A stretch of 64,000 bases of DNA from Planctomycetota bacterium. GTDB lineage: Bacteria > Planctomycetota > UBA1135 > UBA2386. The stretch lies in assembly GCA_046290465.1 (NCBI GenBank), contig JBKAGP010000001.1:3968001-4032000 (forward strand). Direction: 5' to 3'. The position numbers and the translations under genes are program-made. Below, piece after piece: positions 53,453 through 63,289 of this stretch. Each line of letters starts with the position of its first letter. The stretch's first letter is position 1. The notes beneath the pieces were generated by a model. It was not told the DNA's origin, did not search any database, and saw nothing but the letters and a program-made list of their open reading frames with translations.

Positions 53453-56400
53453 ATGAACGATTCCTTGCAGAGAGTTGCCGCCGAGCTGCGGGCGTCCGAT
53501 GCAGTCGTTCTTGTGGGCGCGGGTGCGTCAATCGCGGCTGGCTACCCGCTGACGATTCAGCTTCGGCCCCATCTGTGGAATGCGATCGAGGCTGATCCAC
53601 GGCTCCTGGAGCGCCTAGCGGTAGAGCTTGGTCGGGATGCCGAGAGTGCGAAGCAACTCGTTGGCGATGATCCAGAAGCCTGTCGTGTGGCCTACGAGGC
53701 TGTGACGCGAAGCCCGGGTGCCAGGAAGGCCTTCCAGCAGTCCTTCCGAGAACTCGACATAGGTCGCGTGCACGCGTTCTCACCGACGCATGACGCTGTA
53801 GCCGAACTGCTGCACCGGCGCATGGTGGAGACAGTTGTGTCGATGAACTGGGACAGCCTTTTGGAGGCGTCCTTCGCTCGTCGCTATGGCCGCTTGCTGC
53901 GAGCTGATGGCACATGGTTGCACAAGCCGCACGGAGATGTTGCAGAACCCGACTCGCCATGGGTCCTGCCGCATGATCCAGGCGCGATCCCGGACGCTCT
54001 TGTTGAGCAGATGGCTGCACTCGCCCGTGCTAGGCCGAGGATCTTGATCATCGTCGGATACTCGGAGAGCGACGAAGCCGTTGTGGACAGGCTGATCTCG
54101 CCCCTCTCGTCGAAGTGGCGGGTAGCGCGAATTGGGCCGAGCGCAGCAGGTGAACTCGCAGTGCGAAGACCCGCGGACGAAGCCATGTCTGCGATTCGAG
54201 ATCTTGCGACTGGTGGGACGGATGAACTCCCGGGGTGGGAGTATGTGACCTACCAAAAACAGAATGATCTTGGGCACGCTCTTGCCGGTCGCGCCCTCGG
54301 GGCTGGCGACGTTCAGGCTTGCCCTCGCTTGCCAGAGGTTGATTCGGTAGTGCGGGACCTGCGGACGGCACACGCCGCGACCGTTCTTGGTGACCCAGGG
54401 AGTGGCAAGTCGGCAACAGCACACCAAGCAGCCTTTGAGTTGCTGAGCGAAGGGGTCGAGGTCGTGCGCCTGCGAGAACGCGACCGCGCGACCGACGAGC
54501 TGGTCGCAGGGCTTCAGGGGCTCCGAACGCCTACGGTGGTGATGCTCGATGACGCACAGAACCTCCGGTCTGATTTTGTTCGGCGCGTTCGGGACCTCGC
54601 CAGCAGTGATGTGCGAGTCCTTGTTGTTTCCAACTCGACCACCACTGGCGCACTTGGCGAGATTCGCATCCTTGGCAAGCAGGCCGTGCGGTGCATCGCA
54701 GAATCCCTGCGCGAGCGGGCCGACGAAACGCTCTCGGTTGTCAGCAAGTTTCGTGACGAGTTCGATCGAGCATGGCTTGAGGCTCGGTTTGATCTCCTGC
54801 TCGACGAGGCGGCTAGGGCAGACTATCCATGGCAGTTCAGCTTCATCTTGACTTCGGGTGAACGTCGGGCTGGCAGCCAGATCAGAGAAGCTCGTCGCGT
54901 TGAACGTGCGGACCTTCTTCTCTTGCTCGTCGCTGCGCGTCAGCTGGTCACTCGCGATGCGGGTGCTACAGAGAAAGACCTCGACCAGTTGGCCAATACC
55001 ATGGGGAGGGACTCCGTCTGGGCAGCTCGTGTTCTCGGCGAACTGAGCGCGAGGCGGCTTTTGGTTATCAGTGATGGAGTGATCCGCTGCTCACATCAGA
55101 GGCACGCGGACAAGATCCTGCAGCTGGTCTGTTCGGACCGCAAGGACCCGGAGTGGCCGAATATCGTCAACGCGCTTCGAGAGGTAGTGCTTCTGCGTCA
55201 ACCCGAACTGGCCGGTGTGGCGGTGCTGCTTCGTGGGCTGTGGTTCGCTGAGGGATTTCGGTGGTCGCGTGAGGGCACCATCGTGACAGACGCGGTCTGG
55301 ACTACTCTGACGACTCGATGCCTGAAAGCAGAATCTGATGCAGAGCGCGGTGGCGCCGGCTACCTGCTCGAAGCCCTCAAGGGTTACCACCCAGCGTTGA
55401 GCGATTGGATCGCCGGCAACTCACGAAGGCTCGCCAGCTGGATCTCAAGGGCAAGCCCCGAGTCAGCCAATGGACTGGCAACTCTGTTGAACAGCTTGCA
55501 CGATTCACCCAGCCTGAGTGCATTGGTGTCCCAAGTGGATGGCCCGGCCGTTGCAAATGCGGTGGTTGCGTCGGCCACTAGAGACAGACGCGCGTGGGGT
55601 AGTCTCTTGGGCCGATTGGCGCTGGGGCGCGACGCGGCGTTGCCTCTTGGAGCAGCCCTGCGGGATCGGCGTGAGCCGTTGATCGCGTCTGCTGCTGGAG
55701 CCGGCGCGGATGATGCGCCTTATCACGCGAGCTTGGCGAATGGCATCGCGAGCTTGGAACCCGACGTGTCGCTGGAGCTCATCGAGAACATCGGGGATGC
55801 GATTGGCGAACGGATCAACCAGGATTTCTCGAGCGCCTACGATGAGTTCCACCACACGTTCTGGTTTGTTCTCGGGCTCGCCCCCAAGGACTTTCGTTTC
55901 AAAGAGCCAACGACACAGCAGAAGCGCGTCGCCCGCAGAGTCTTCCGGAGTGTGGAGTCGGCGCGGGTTGCACAGAGCATCTCATGCAGTCCTCGGTGGG
56001 CCCTTGCGTCTTGTGCTCGGCTACTTGCCGTGGTTGCGAAAGCAAACCGGCATCTCGGTGAGCAGATCGCACTGAGGATCGACCTACGACAGATCGACGA
56101 GAGAATCCGGGACCTTTGGGCTGACCCGCCGGACGACCTCCTGGAGTTCATCGGTGTTCTCGGCAGATTGGGCTCCGTCGAGAGCTTCGAGCCCGCGAGG
56201 AGTTGGATCGCGAGACACGAGGGAGACCTGCAGTCGATACCTGCGCGGTTGGTTGTGATGGCGCCAGAAACGGCGGTCGCTGCGTGTCGGCGTGGCGCGG
56301 TTGTCGACTTGAAGCTGTCCGGCGTGCTCGGTTGGGGTTTGCCTGCTGTCGCAATCTACGAGATCGCCAAACGTGATGTGTTGCAGGCTAAGCGGGCGGT

Positions 56401-56704
56401 CACAGAGCATGTCGATGCCATGGCATCCGAACTGATGATCCGACAACCGAATCAGTGCGAGCATCTGCACTACTTCGTCGCGATCGTGCAGGAGACTGCC
56501 CCCGACGCTCTCATGGATGCTTTTGCGAAGATGGACCCACCGAGCGTTGCCGAGGCTTGGCAGTCGAGACTCCGGGGGAAAGCCGTCGAGCGACGCGCAG
56601 CAGCCGTGTTGGTTAGGGCCGCCCTCGACTCGCCAAACCTCGCGTCGGTCGCCAAGGACCTGCGGCACCGTTTCCCTAAAGCGTCATGTCCGGCTGAGGA
56701 GTAG
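53453..56704 (+). CDS. SIR2-like domain + P-loop NTPase + helical C-terminus (Avs/STAND-like)
   Basis: VLVGAGASIAAGYP, SMNWDSLLE, HKPHGD, IVGYSESD; GDPGSGKS, VMLDDAQ. Confidence 0.85.
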   Translation: MNDSLQRVAAELRASDAVVLVGAGASIAAGYPLTIQLRPHLWNAIEADPRLLERLAVELGRDAESAKQLVGDDPEACRVAYEAVTRSPGARKAFQQSFRELDIGRVHAFSPTHDAVAELLHRRMVETVVSMNWDSLLEASFARRYGRLLRADGTWLHKPHGDVAEPDSPWVLPHDPGAIPDALVEQMAALARARPRILIIVGYSESDEAVVDRLISPLSSKWRVARIGPSAAGELAVRRPADEAMSAIRDLATGGTDELPGWEYVTYQKQNDLGHALAGRALGAGDVQACPRLPEVDSVVRDLRTAHAATVLGDPGSGKSATAHQAAFELLSEGVEVVRLRERDRATDELVAGLQGLRTPTVVMLDDAQNLRSDFVRRVRDLASSDVRVLVVSNSTTTGALGEIRILGKQAVRCIAESLRERADETLSVVSKFRDEFDRAWLEARFDLLLDEAARADYPWQFSFILTSGERRAGSQIREARRVERADLLLLLVAARQLVTRDAGATEKDLDQLANTMGRDSVWAARVLGELSARRLLVISDGVIRCSHQRHADKILQLVCSDRKDPEWPNIVNALREVVLLRQPELAGVAVLLRGLWFAEGFRWSREGTIVTDAVWTTLTTRCLKAESDAERGGAGYLLEALKGYHPALSDWIAGNSRRLASWISRASPESANGLATLLNSLHDSPSLSALVSQVDGPAVANAVVASATRDRRAWGSLLGRLALGRDAALPLGAALRDRREPLIASAAGAGADDAPYHASLANGIASLEPDVSLELIENIGDAIGERINQDFSSAYDEFHHTFWFVLGLAPKDFRFKEPTTQQKRVARRVFRSVESARVAQSISCSPRWALASCARLLAVVAKANRHLGEQIALRIDLRQIDERIRDLWADPPDDLLEFIGVLGRLGSVESFEPARSWIARHEGDLQSIPARLVVMAPETAVAACRRGAVVDLKLSGVLGWGLPAVAIYEIAKRDVLQAKRAVTEHVDAMASELMIRQPNQCEHLHYFVAIVQETAPDALMDAFAKMDPPSVAEAWQSRLRGKAVERRAAAVLVRAALDSPNLASVAKDLRHRFPKASCPAEE

Positions 56705-56787
56705 TCGCCAGCTACCCGTCGCGGAATCTCGTAACGAGACACTTTCATTGGAGGCGGCTCAAACGGTCCGACAGCGGAGCCGATGGC

Positions 56788-56811
56788 TTATGCAAATGGC
56801 AGTTTGCGTCA
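56788..56811. other. dif/Xer-like core TTATGCAAA-TGGCAG-TTTGCGTCA
   Basis: Imperfect 9-bp inverted arms (7/9) with a 6-bp spacer, 22 bp before the recombinase start. Confidence 0.45.
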
Positions 56812-56833
56812 CTGATCAGAGGTAGGCTTCGAC

Positions 56834-57802
56834 ATGTCGGACCTCGTCAGCACAAACCTCGACTTGTCGGCCGAACTGGTTCTGGACCGCGGCGTGCCCG
56901 TCGACCGCGAACCGGCGGCCGTCTACCTTGCCAGTCTCGCACCCAGCAGCCGACGCACCCAAGGGCAGGCGTTGAACGCGATCGCCGGGATTCTGACCGG
57001 GGTAGAGGAGTCGCGTGTGGTCGCGTGGCACCGCTTGCGCTACCAGCACACTCAGGCTCTGCGCTCGCGCCTCGCCGAGTCCTACCGGCCAGCAACCGCC
57101 AACCGGATGCTGAGCGCCTTGCGCGGTGTCTTGCGTGAAGCATGGAGACTCGGACACATCGCCGCCGAGGACTTCCACCGCGCCGTCGACTTGAAGCCAG
57201 TTCGAGGGGCGACGCTACCGGCAGGGCGAACGCTCACGAGCGGCGAGATCCACGCGCTTTTCGGTGCATGCTGTGACGATCGAGGCCCCGCCGGAGTTCG
57301 CGACGCTGCGATCCTCGGAGTGCTGTTCGGGGCAGGGCTGCGGCGACAAGAAGTCGTCCTACTCGACGTTGGCGACTTCGACGCGGACTGTGGTGAGCTA
57401 CGGATTCAGGGCAAGGGTAGCAAGGAGCGCGAGGCGTTTGCCACGAACGGCATCCTCGAAGCTCTGCGAGATTGGATCGCTATCCGCGGCGTCGATGCCG
57501 GCCCGCTGTTCGTGCCAATCTCGAAATCCGGAAAGCTCGGCTCGGGACGGCTGTCGGCGCAGGCCATCTACAACCTGCTGAGGACGCGTTCGACGCAGGC
57601 TGGCGTCAAGCGGCTTTCGCCTCACGACCTGCGTCGCACCTTCGCCACGATGTTGCTCGAAGCGGGCGCCGACGTTGCGGTCGTAGCGGGGCTCATGGGG
57701 CACGCGTCGATCGAAACTACCCGGCGCTACGACCGAAGAGACTCGAAGGCTCGGAAGCGCGCCGTCGACATGCTGCACGTCCCCTACCGGCGTGCGAGCT
57801 GA
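56834..57802 (+). CDS. Tyrosine recombinase, XerD/resolvase-like
   Basis: RDAAIL..GLRRQE, GKGSKER, PHDLRRTF, MGHASIETTRRY. Confidence 0.93.
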   Translation: MSDLVSTNLDLSAELVLDRGVPVDREPAAVYLASLAPSSRRTQGQALNAIAGILTGVEESRVVAWHRLRYQHTQALRSRLAESYRPATANRMLSALRGVLREAWRLGHIAAEDFHRAVDLKPVRGATLPAGRTLTSGEIHALFGACCDDRGPAGVRDAAILGVLFGAGLRRQEVVLLDVGDFDADCGELRIQGKGSKEREAFATNGILEALRDWIAIRGVDAGPLFVPISKSGKLGSGRLSAQAIYNLLRTRSTQAGVKRLSPHDLRRTFATMLLEAGADVAVVAGLMGHASIETTRRYDRRDSKARKRAVDMLHVPYRRAS

Positions 57803-57927
57803 CCTGAGTTTGGGCGCCGTGCCCCCGTCAAGTGCCAAGCACATGCTCTTCGGCCGTCGGTGGTGGCCATCGCGAAGTTGCTCATTCACCTTGATCGCCA
57901 CGTCGACCTCCATGTGGGTCGTCGTTG

Positions 57928-59076
57928 TCAGGAAGTCGGATCACGACGCTCTCCGAATCGCCTGCTGATCTTCTTCACGAGACTCGCCACCTCCGGACTA
58001 CCTTCGACCAGTCGAGACCTGCTGACGGTCTCCGGAGCGGAGGGCACGACAGTCACCTTGTCGTGGCTCGGGTCACCGGGAATCCCGAGATTGAAGGCGG
58101 ACTGGCCCGGACGCGCCGCACCGATGGTTCTTGTCCCCATGCGCGACAGGCTGAGCTGCATCCGGCCGGCGGTGCATCGTCGATCGGGATCGATCACATC
58201 AAGCATCTCTCCGAGGAATGCGAACACTCGGCTGAGCGTTGCAGCAAGCTCCTCGGGCGGGAGGAAGAACATGTGGGCCATCATGCTTGCGCCGTCGCGC
58301 TCGCGTTCTTGCTCGACTTCGACACCGATCGCGAGTGAGCCGTTCGTGCCGACCCATGCTCTCAGCTCTGGCGGCTCTCCGTTGATGCCATGAATCAGTA
58401 GACCGTGCTCCTCCGTTGAAGCAGAGGGGCGCCGGTTCAGTAGTCGCGATGGGCCGGCGACGAGCCTGTCGCCAACGATCTCCGGTAGGCGCTCGAACAC
58501 GAGATCGTCATCGAGAAACAGGCGTTGGTTCGGTGACCACGAGACGGCAAGCCAAGGCCCGCTCGTGGACATGTAGCCTCTTTCGATGCCGGGTGTGACT
58601 CGGACGAGATTCTGCTGAACTAGGGAGTCGACCTCGCTCGTTTCCGGTTGCGAACTCCAGGCCCGGAGAGCCTTGACGATGTCTCGTTGCAGCGCTGCCG
58701 GGGTCATGCACGTCCGGTAGAAGTGTCCCCCCTGCCAGTCGCCGACTCGCTTCAAGAACGCGGCTTGCTCGTCGTCGAGTTGCTCAGCAGTGCGAAACAC
58801 AAAGACCTCTTTCCGCAGTCGGACGGCCTCGTCGAACTCCTCCTCGGTCGCCGACTTCCCGCTTTGCAGCGGTGTGCCGTAGCTAGGGCCAATGAGAAGC
58901 AAGAAGCCGTCGGTCGACCCGACGCCTCGAAGGCACGCGCCGCGCGGCGAAGCCGGGTCCGACTGGAAGTCTTCCGCCTTCGTGACACGGATGTCGAGGG
59001 AATCGCACGCGGCGACTGCGGCTTCTCGCATGGACTCCATGCCGCTCATCACCGAGCTGAGGAACACGGAAGGCAT
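57928..59076 (-). CDS. DUF4062-domain protein
   Basis: VFLSSVM..REAA..AEDF..SPRGACLRGV..LLIGPSYG..SATEEEFDEA. Confidence 0.85.
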   Translation of the reverse strand: MPSVFLSSVMSGMESMREAAVAACDSLDIRVTKAEDFQSDPASPRGACLRGVGSTDGFLLLIGPSYGTPLQSGKSATEEEFDEAVRLRKEVFVFRTAEQLDDEQAAFLKRVGDWQGGHFYRTCMTPAALQRDIVKALRAWSSQPETSEVDSLVQQNLVRVTPGIERGYMSTSGPWLAVSWSPNQRLFLDDDLVFERLPEIVGDRLVAGPSRLLNRRPSASTEEHGLLIHGINGEPPELRAWVGTNGSLAIGVEVEQERERDGASMMAHMFFLPPEELAATLSRVFAFLGEMLDVIDPDRRCTAGRMQLSLSRMGTRTIGAARPGQSAFNLGIPGDPSHDKVTVVPSAPETVSRSRLVEGSPEVASLVKKISRRFGERRDPTS

Positions 59077-59563
59077 CAGTCTTGTCCTTGCCCCTGAATG
59101 GTCTGGACTGCTCCCAAGTCGCGAAGCCGATGTCCGGTTGTTGGTCGCTCGTCTTGTTCGACCCGCAGGCGGTGGTGACGGAGCCCCCCACGTCGGGGCA
59201 GGCTTCGGTTTGGGCGGAGGAAAGTGAAGCGCCGGGGGAACTTCGGGAAAAGGGGAAGAAGGAGAGTCAAGTTTCACGTCCGTCGCGGACAACCCGGCGC
59301 AGGTTGTTCGGTCAAGGCGCCTCATCAGATGAGGGCGTGGCGTCCGGGAGCGCGACTCCTGCGATCCCGTTCGCACGCTCCAATCGTGCGCCTTGTCTGG
59401 ACGGTGTCAAGGCGCGGCCTTGCTGGTTCAGTGCCAGTTCGTCCCCGGCCCCAGAAGTGAATGCGTCGATGTGCGCTTCGGCCGTGAAGCAACCAACGTT
59501 CGCCATCGTCACTGAGGCGGGCTTGGATGACCTTGGTGGTCCCGGCGAGGTGGGACATCTTCA

Positions 59564-59586
59564 GCCAGTGACCCGGGGTCACTGGC
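59564..59586. repeat. 23-bp palindrome, copy 1
   Basis: GCCAGTGACCC-G-GGGTCACTGGC. Confidence 0.95.
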
Positions 59587-59651
59587 GTTCTTGCCTTCAG
59601 GTGCGGGCCGGTCGGCTGGGAGTCTGCCGCGCGAGCATCAGCCCTACTCAG

Positions 59652-60860
59652 CTATCGGTTCCACTCGCGTTCGACGACCTGTCTCCGCTGGTTGCGAACG
59701 CGATTCTCCATCTCTTCGCGGAGGCGCTGAGCGAACGGCTCTTGCGTCTCTCCTTGCGCTAGGCGGAACGTCTCGAACGGGCCGTCGTCGACCCACACGC
59801 GGGCGGTGATGACGCTGGGCGTGCGCCTCATCCTGAACTGACCGTCCGCGGCCAGTCGCTTCACGTCGACCAGGGTGCCCTGGAGGTCGCGTAGCTCGAC
59901 CATGGCGACCCCCTCCCGCAACACAACGGAGAAGACGTTGTGTTGGTAGCCAACGAACATGACGCTCGGCCTCGGCCCATGCGAAGGCGCACCGTCGCTG
60001 CGCCTAGCTCCTTCGCCCTCGGACGCCACCATCCGTGTTGTGCTCTCAGATGGTGGTTCTACGCTCGCATCTTGAGTTGCTGACGCGTGGATTCCGAGGA
60101 GGATGACGGCGCCAGCAACGCCGTTCACTCGAAGGAGCGATAGCTCCACCTCTGCGCGACCGAACGTGTGGCTGAGGCTGGCCTTGCTGGAGACAGCAAG
60201 CTCCGCCTGACTCTCGACCAGCCAGCGAGCGACCGCTTCCGGGTCAACTTGCCCCTTGCTTGCGATCGTCACGAGGCGACACGCAGTTCCCATCGCGGCG
60301 AGCTGCTTGTCTTTGGCGCTGTCGGGGAAGACCAAGCCGGCTCGAACCTCGTCGAGGGAGCCGTCGGACGTCACGTCGACGAAGCGAACCCAGCTCTTCT
60401 CGACTGCGACTGAGTCAGCTCCTGCGGTCCACAGCCAGTGCGTGTCGCGCTCGCGGCGCTCCTCTCGAATGCCCTCCCTGGCAAGGAAGGGCAGTCCTGA
60501 TGTGAACTCGTCCAATGACGCGGCCATCGTGAGCAGAGACCCGGATGACTCCGAGTGCGCGACGGTCGCGTGCTTTGGGGAGCTAGTCGGTGTCGGGGAT
60601 GCCGTGCTGCCAGTTCCCGGCGATCCAGCTGCGATGGGTTGAGCGGCGGGTCCGCTCCCGTGCATCTGGGCACCTTCGCGGGCTTCGATCTCGGCCAACT
60701 GGCGATCCGTCTCGGACTCGAACGGGAGAGCGACCAGGGCGGCACTGCCAACAGCGACCACAACCGGAACGGCAAGCCAGCCGCGCCGTCCGCTCGGCCC
60801 CTCCTGGGTAGTAGGCGATCGGTGCCGGCGGCTGGATGGGTGCATCGGAGTGCTGGTCAT
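59652..60860 (-). CDS. Hypothetical membrane-anchored protein (402 aa)
   Basis: N-terminal hydrophobic segment and S/T/P-rich linker. Confidence 0.6.
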   Translation of the reverse strand: MTSTPMHPSSRRHRSPTTQEGPSGRRGWLAVPVVVAVGSAALVALPFESETDRQLAEIEAREGAQMHGSGPAAQPIAAGSPGTGSTASPTPTSSPKHATVAHSESSGSLLTMAASLDEFTSGLPFLAREGIREERRERDTHWLWTAGADSVAVEKSWVRFVDVTSDGSLDEVRAGLVFPDSAKDKQLAAMGTACRLVTIASKGQVDPEAVARWLVESQAELAVSSKASLSHTFGRAEVELSLLRVNGVAGAVILLGIHASATQDASVEPPSESTTRMVASEGEGARRSDGAPSHGPRPSVMFVGYQHNVFSVVLREGVAMVELRDLQGTLVDVKRLAADGQFRMRRTPSVITARVWVDDGPFETFRLAQGETQEPFAQRLREEMENRVRNQRRQVVEREWNR

Positions 60861-60994
60861 GGGCCTAGGCGATTCATCGTGAGTGCGTTGGTCAGCAGCG
60901 TGATCGGCCCCACCCCAGCGGGTCTTTAGTCAGAAACTGTCTAAGCGCGTCGCGAGCCCAGACTCGCCATCCGACCGAGACCACCGGATCGGAC

Positions 60995-61237
60995 ATGGGC
61001 TCACGAGAAGCACTCCACGACCGCGAGTATCGACGATTCGTCAAGCGCCTTCGCGAGGCGCGCGAGTCGGCGGGGCTCACCCAGCAAGCCGTCGCGAAGG
61101 CGATGGGCCGAAGCCAGCGGTTCGTGTCGCGATGCGAGACGGGAGAGCGGCGAGTGGACGTGATCGAGTTCCGCGACTTCCTCCGAGTCTACGGTCTGCG
61201 GCCGAGTGATCTCGTGACCGGGTTTCCATCCGAATGA
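60995..61237 (+). CDS. XRE-family HTH regulator
   Basis: LREARESAGLTQQAVAKAMGRSQRFVSRCETGERRVDVIE. Confidence 0.9.
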   Translation: MGSREALHDREYRRFVKRLREARESAGLTQQAVAKAMGRSQRFVSRCETGERRVDVIEFRDFLRVYGLRPSDLVTGFPSE

Positions 61238-61260
61238 CACGTTGTGTCTTCGCTCTGCGC

Positions 61261-61283
61261 GCCAGTGACCCCGGGTCACTGGC
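61261..61283. repeat. 23-bp palindrome, copy 2
   Basis: GCCAGTGACCC-C-GGGTCACTGGC; half-sites at 61462-61472 and 61480-61488. Confidence 0.95.
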
Positions 61284-61501
61284 TGCTCGCCGATGCAGTG
61301 CGTCGACGATCGTCGGGTTGCGTAGACCCATGCTTGTTGGGGGGGCGGTCAGCGTGAGCGCGCTCATTCGACAGCTTGATCTGGCCGCGCTTCGTCGGAA
61401 GCGAGACAATCAGTGCTCTAGAACCCCCTCCCTCCCCGCTGGTTTCGTGTGGCGTAGAACCGCCAGTGACCCGGTGTTTCAGTGACCCGATGAGGTGAGC
61501 A

Positions 61502-61963
61502 ATGTGCCTCGTGAGAATCCCGTTCTTGTCGCGCACCGAAGACGGCAAGCCTCTGCAAGACGCGATCGACTTCGCTGCCGAGCGAACGGCATGCGATTCG
61601 GTTGCGGTTGCGCAGGTCATGAGCTTGTTCTTCGAGGCAATCGCAGATGAGGTCAGTCGGGGGAAGGTGGTGCGTATCCCGGGCTTCGGCATCTTCGCGC
61701 CGGTCGCGGTTTCCGAGCGCGACCGCCGGATGTCAAGGGACCTCACACCTCGCTGCAAGCCAGCGTTCTCTCCGTCGCGCGGGTTCCGACAGCAGGTTCG
61801 CTACGGAGCGCCTCCGAATGCCTCAGGTGCCGAACGGCTGAAGCGATTCGACAAGAACCACTCGTCGACTAAAGGTAGAGGAGCACCGCGCGTCTGGGCA
61901 GCCATGGAAGCAATGCGCGACCAGATCGACGCTCAGTTGGCGCGAACGCGCGACGTTTCTTAG
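61502..61963 (+). CDS. HU/IHF-like DNA-binding protein with C-terminal extension
   Basis: FFEAIADEVSRGKVVRIPGFGIF..KPAFSPSRGFRQQV. Confidence 0.8.
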   Translation: MCLVRIPFLSRTEDGKPLQDAIDFAAERTACDSVAVAQVMSLFFEAIADEVSRGKVVRIPGFGIFAPVAVSERDRRMSRDLTPRCKPAFSPSRGFRQQVRYGAPPNASGAERLKRFDKNHSSTKGRGAPRVWAAMEAMRDQIDAQLARTRDVS

Positions 61964-62046
61964 AAGCTGCTGAGAGCCTGGAGAACTGAGAGTTTCGCAA
62001 GTCGATACGCTTCAGGAAGCGGCCGCCCTGGGTCGAATACAGCGAC

Positions 62047-62292
62047 ATGGAGCTGACCCCGAGGCACCTCTACATGCTCGCGCAGGCAGCGGCGAACAGA
62101 AACGGCACAGCGTCGTTCGACAGGCGCTACGAGAACGGGCTGGACGAAGTCGCGGAGAGAGCCGAGGCACTACTGGGCGCGGGATACCTCGACGCCGTGC
62201 TGCCGCACACGTCCTCCCGAGACGGTCGCATTGACAAGGTGGTCATCCAGATCAGTGACGCGGGACGCGAAGTTCTTGCCGAGCACGGATGA
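62047..62292 (+). CDS. Small hypothetical protein (81 aa), possible winged helix
   Basis: LLGAGYL..ISDAGREVL. Confidence 0.5.
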   Translation: MELTPRHLYMLAQAAANRNGTASFDRRYENGLDEVAERAEALLGAGYLDAVLPHTSSRDGRIDKVVIQISDAGREVLAEHG

Positions 62293-62557
62293 CCAGGGTG
62301 GACACAGGGTCTCTCGCCGTGACCGGAATCACGCCAATCGGGTCAAGCACCACCGGGTTAGCAGAACACGGCTCGTCCGCTCTCCGATTCGATCGCCCTG
62401 TTTGCTAGCCGAGGGCCGCTCTGCGGTGCGCGGACGAGCTGACGGCGCAGGATCAAGTTCTCGTCGCGAAGCCTCTCGATCGTCTCGTCGGGTCGTGGAT
62501 CGTCATCGCGCTACGCGAGCAAGCGAGAACAGTGTGTGATCTGCGTCGTCGGATCCG

Positions 62558-63064
62558 CTACCGCCGTGGGTAGGAATCGCGGAGGTCGTCCGTGTCCTCG
62601 ATGTGGATGCCCACAGCCTTCAGCAGAGCCCTGTTCTTCTCGTCCGGACTGACGTCGATCTCGCGCACAACCTCTGAAGAGCGCACGATCAGTTCAATAA
62701 CCGGCGCATCTGTTTCCAGGCCGTCCCAGTATCGTCGTGCAAGCTCACCGCACGTCGCACAGTCTTCGAGGTGACTTCGCACTTGTTCCGTCAGCTGCAT
62801 GTCCCCCCGATGAAGAACGTCGGCATCCGGGACTTCTACTTCGTAGAGCCGACCATCGGTCATCTTCGCGTGATGCTCACGCGCGTCGTCCTCACTCTCG
62901 AACACGAACAGGCTTCCTTCCCGCCTGGGTTTTCCCTCCGGCCGATGACCCTCGAAAGCGTCCTCAACCGCTCGACCGAGTTCGTGCTTGTCGACGAACT
63001 CTTGCGCCGAGGCGATCGATTGGCCGAGACAGAAGCGCCGCTTGTCGACTCTGAAATACCTCAT
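62558..63064 (-). CDS. DUF2441-like / ADP-ribosyltransferase-fold protein
   Basis: YFR..FEGHRPEGKPRREGSLFVF..LYEVE..HRGDM..YWDG..IELIV. Confidence 0.55.
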   Translation of the reverse strand: MRYFRVDKRRFCLGQSIASAQEFVDKHELGRAVEDAFEGHRPEGKPRREGSLFVFESEDDAREHHAKMTDGRLYEVEVPDADVLHRGDMQLTEQVRSHLEDCATCGELARRYWDGLETDAPVIELIVRSSEVVREIDVSPDEKNRALLKAVGIHIEDTDDLRDSYPRR

Positions 63065-63267
63065 GACGGACGTCTAAGATCGTTGCTAGCTCGTCGCACC
63101 GCGCAAGTGCTGCCTGTTCACCATTCGATCGTGGGTGTGGCTGACATCGCGGCCGAGCTGCGGACGCTGAATGCGCAGGGCCACGTCCGTCAGGTCTGCT
63201 GTCGCCCGTTCGCTTAATCCTCACTCTGGCCGTGAACCTGCCCTCGTGCCTGTTCACCGTCTCTCCT

Positions 63268-63289
63268 GCCAGTGACCCCGGGTCACTGG
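63268..63289. repeat. Palindrome, copy 3 (22 of 23 bp)
   Basis: GCCAGTGACCC-C-GGGTCACTGG. Confidence 0.95.
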
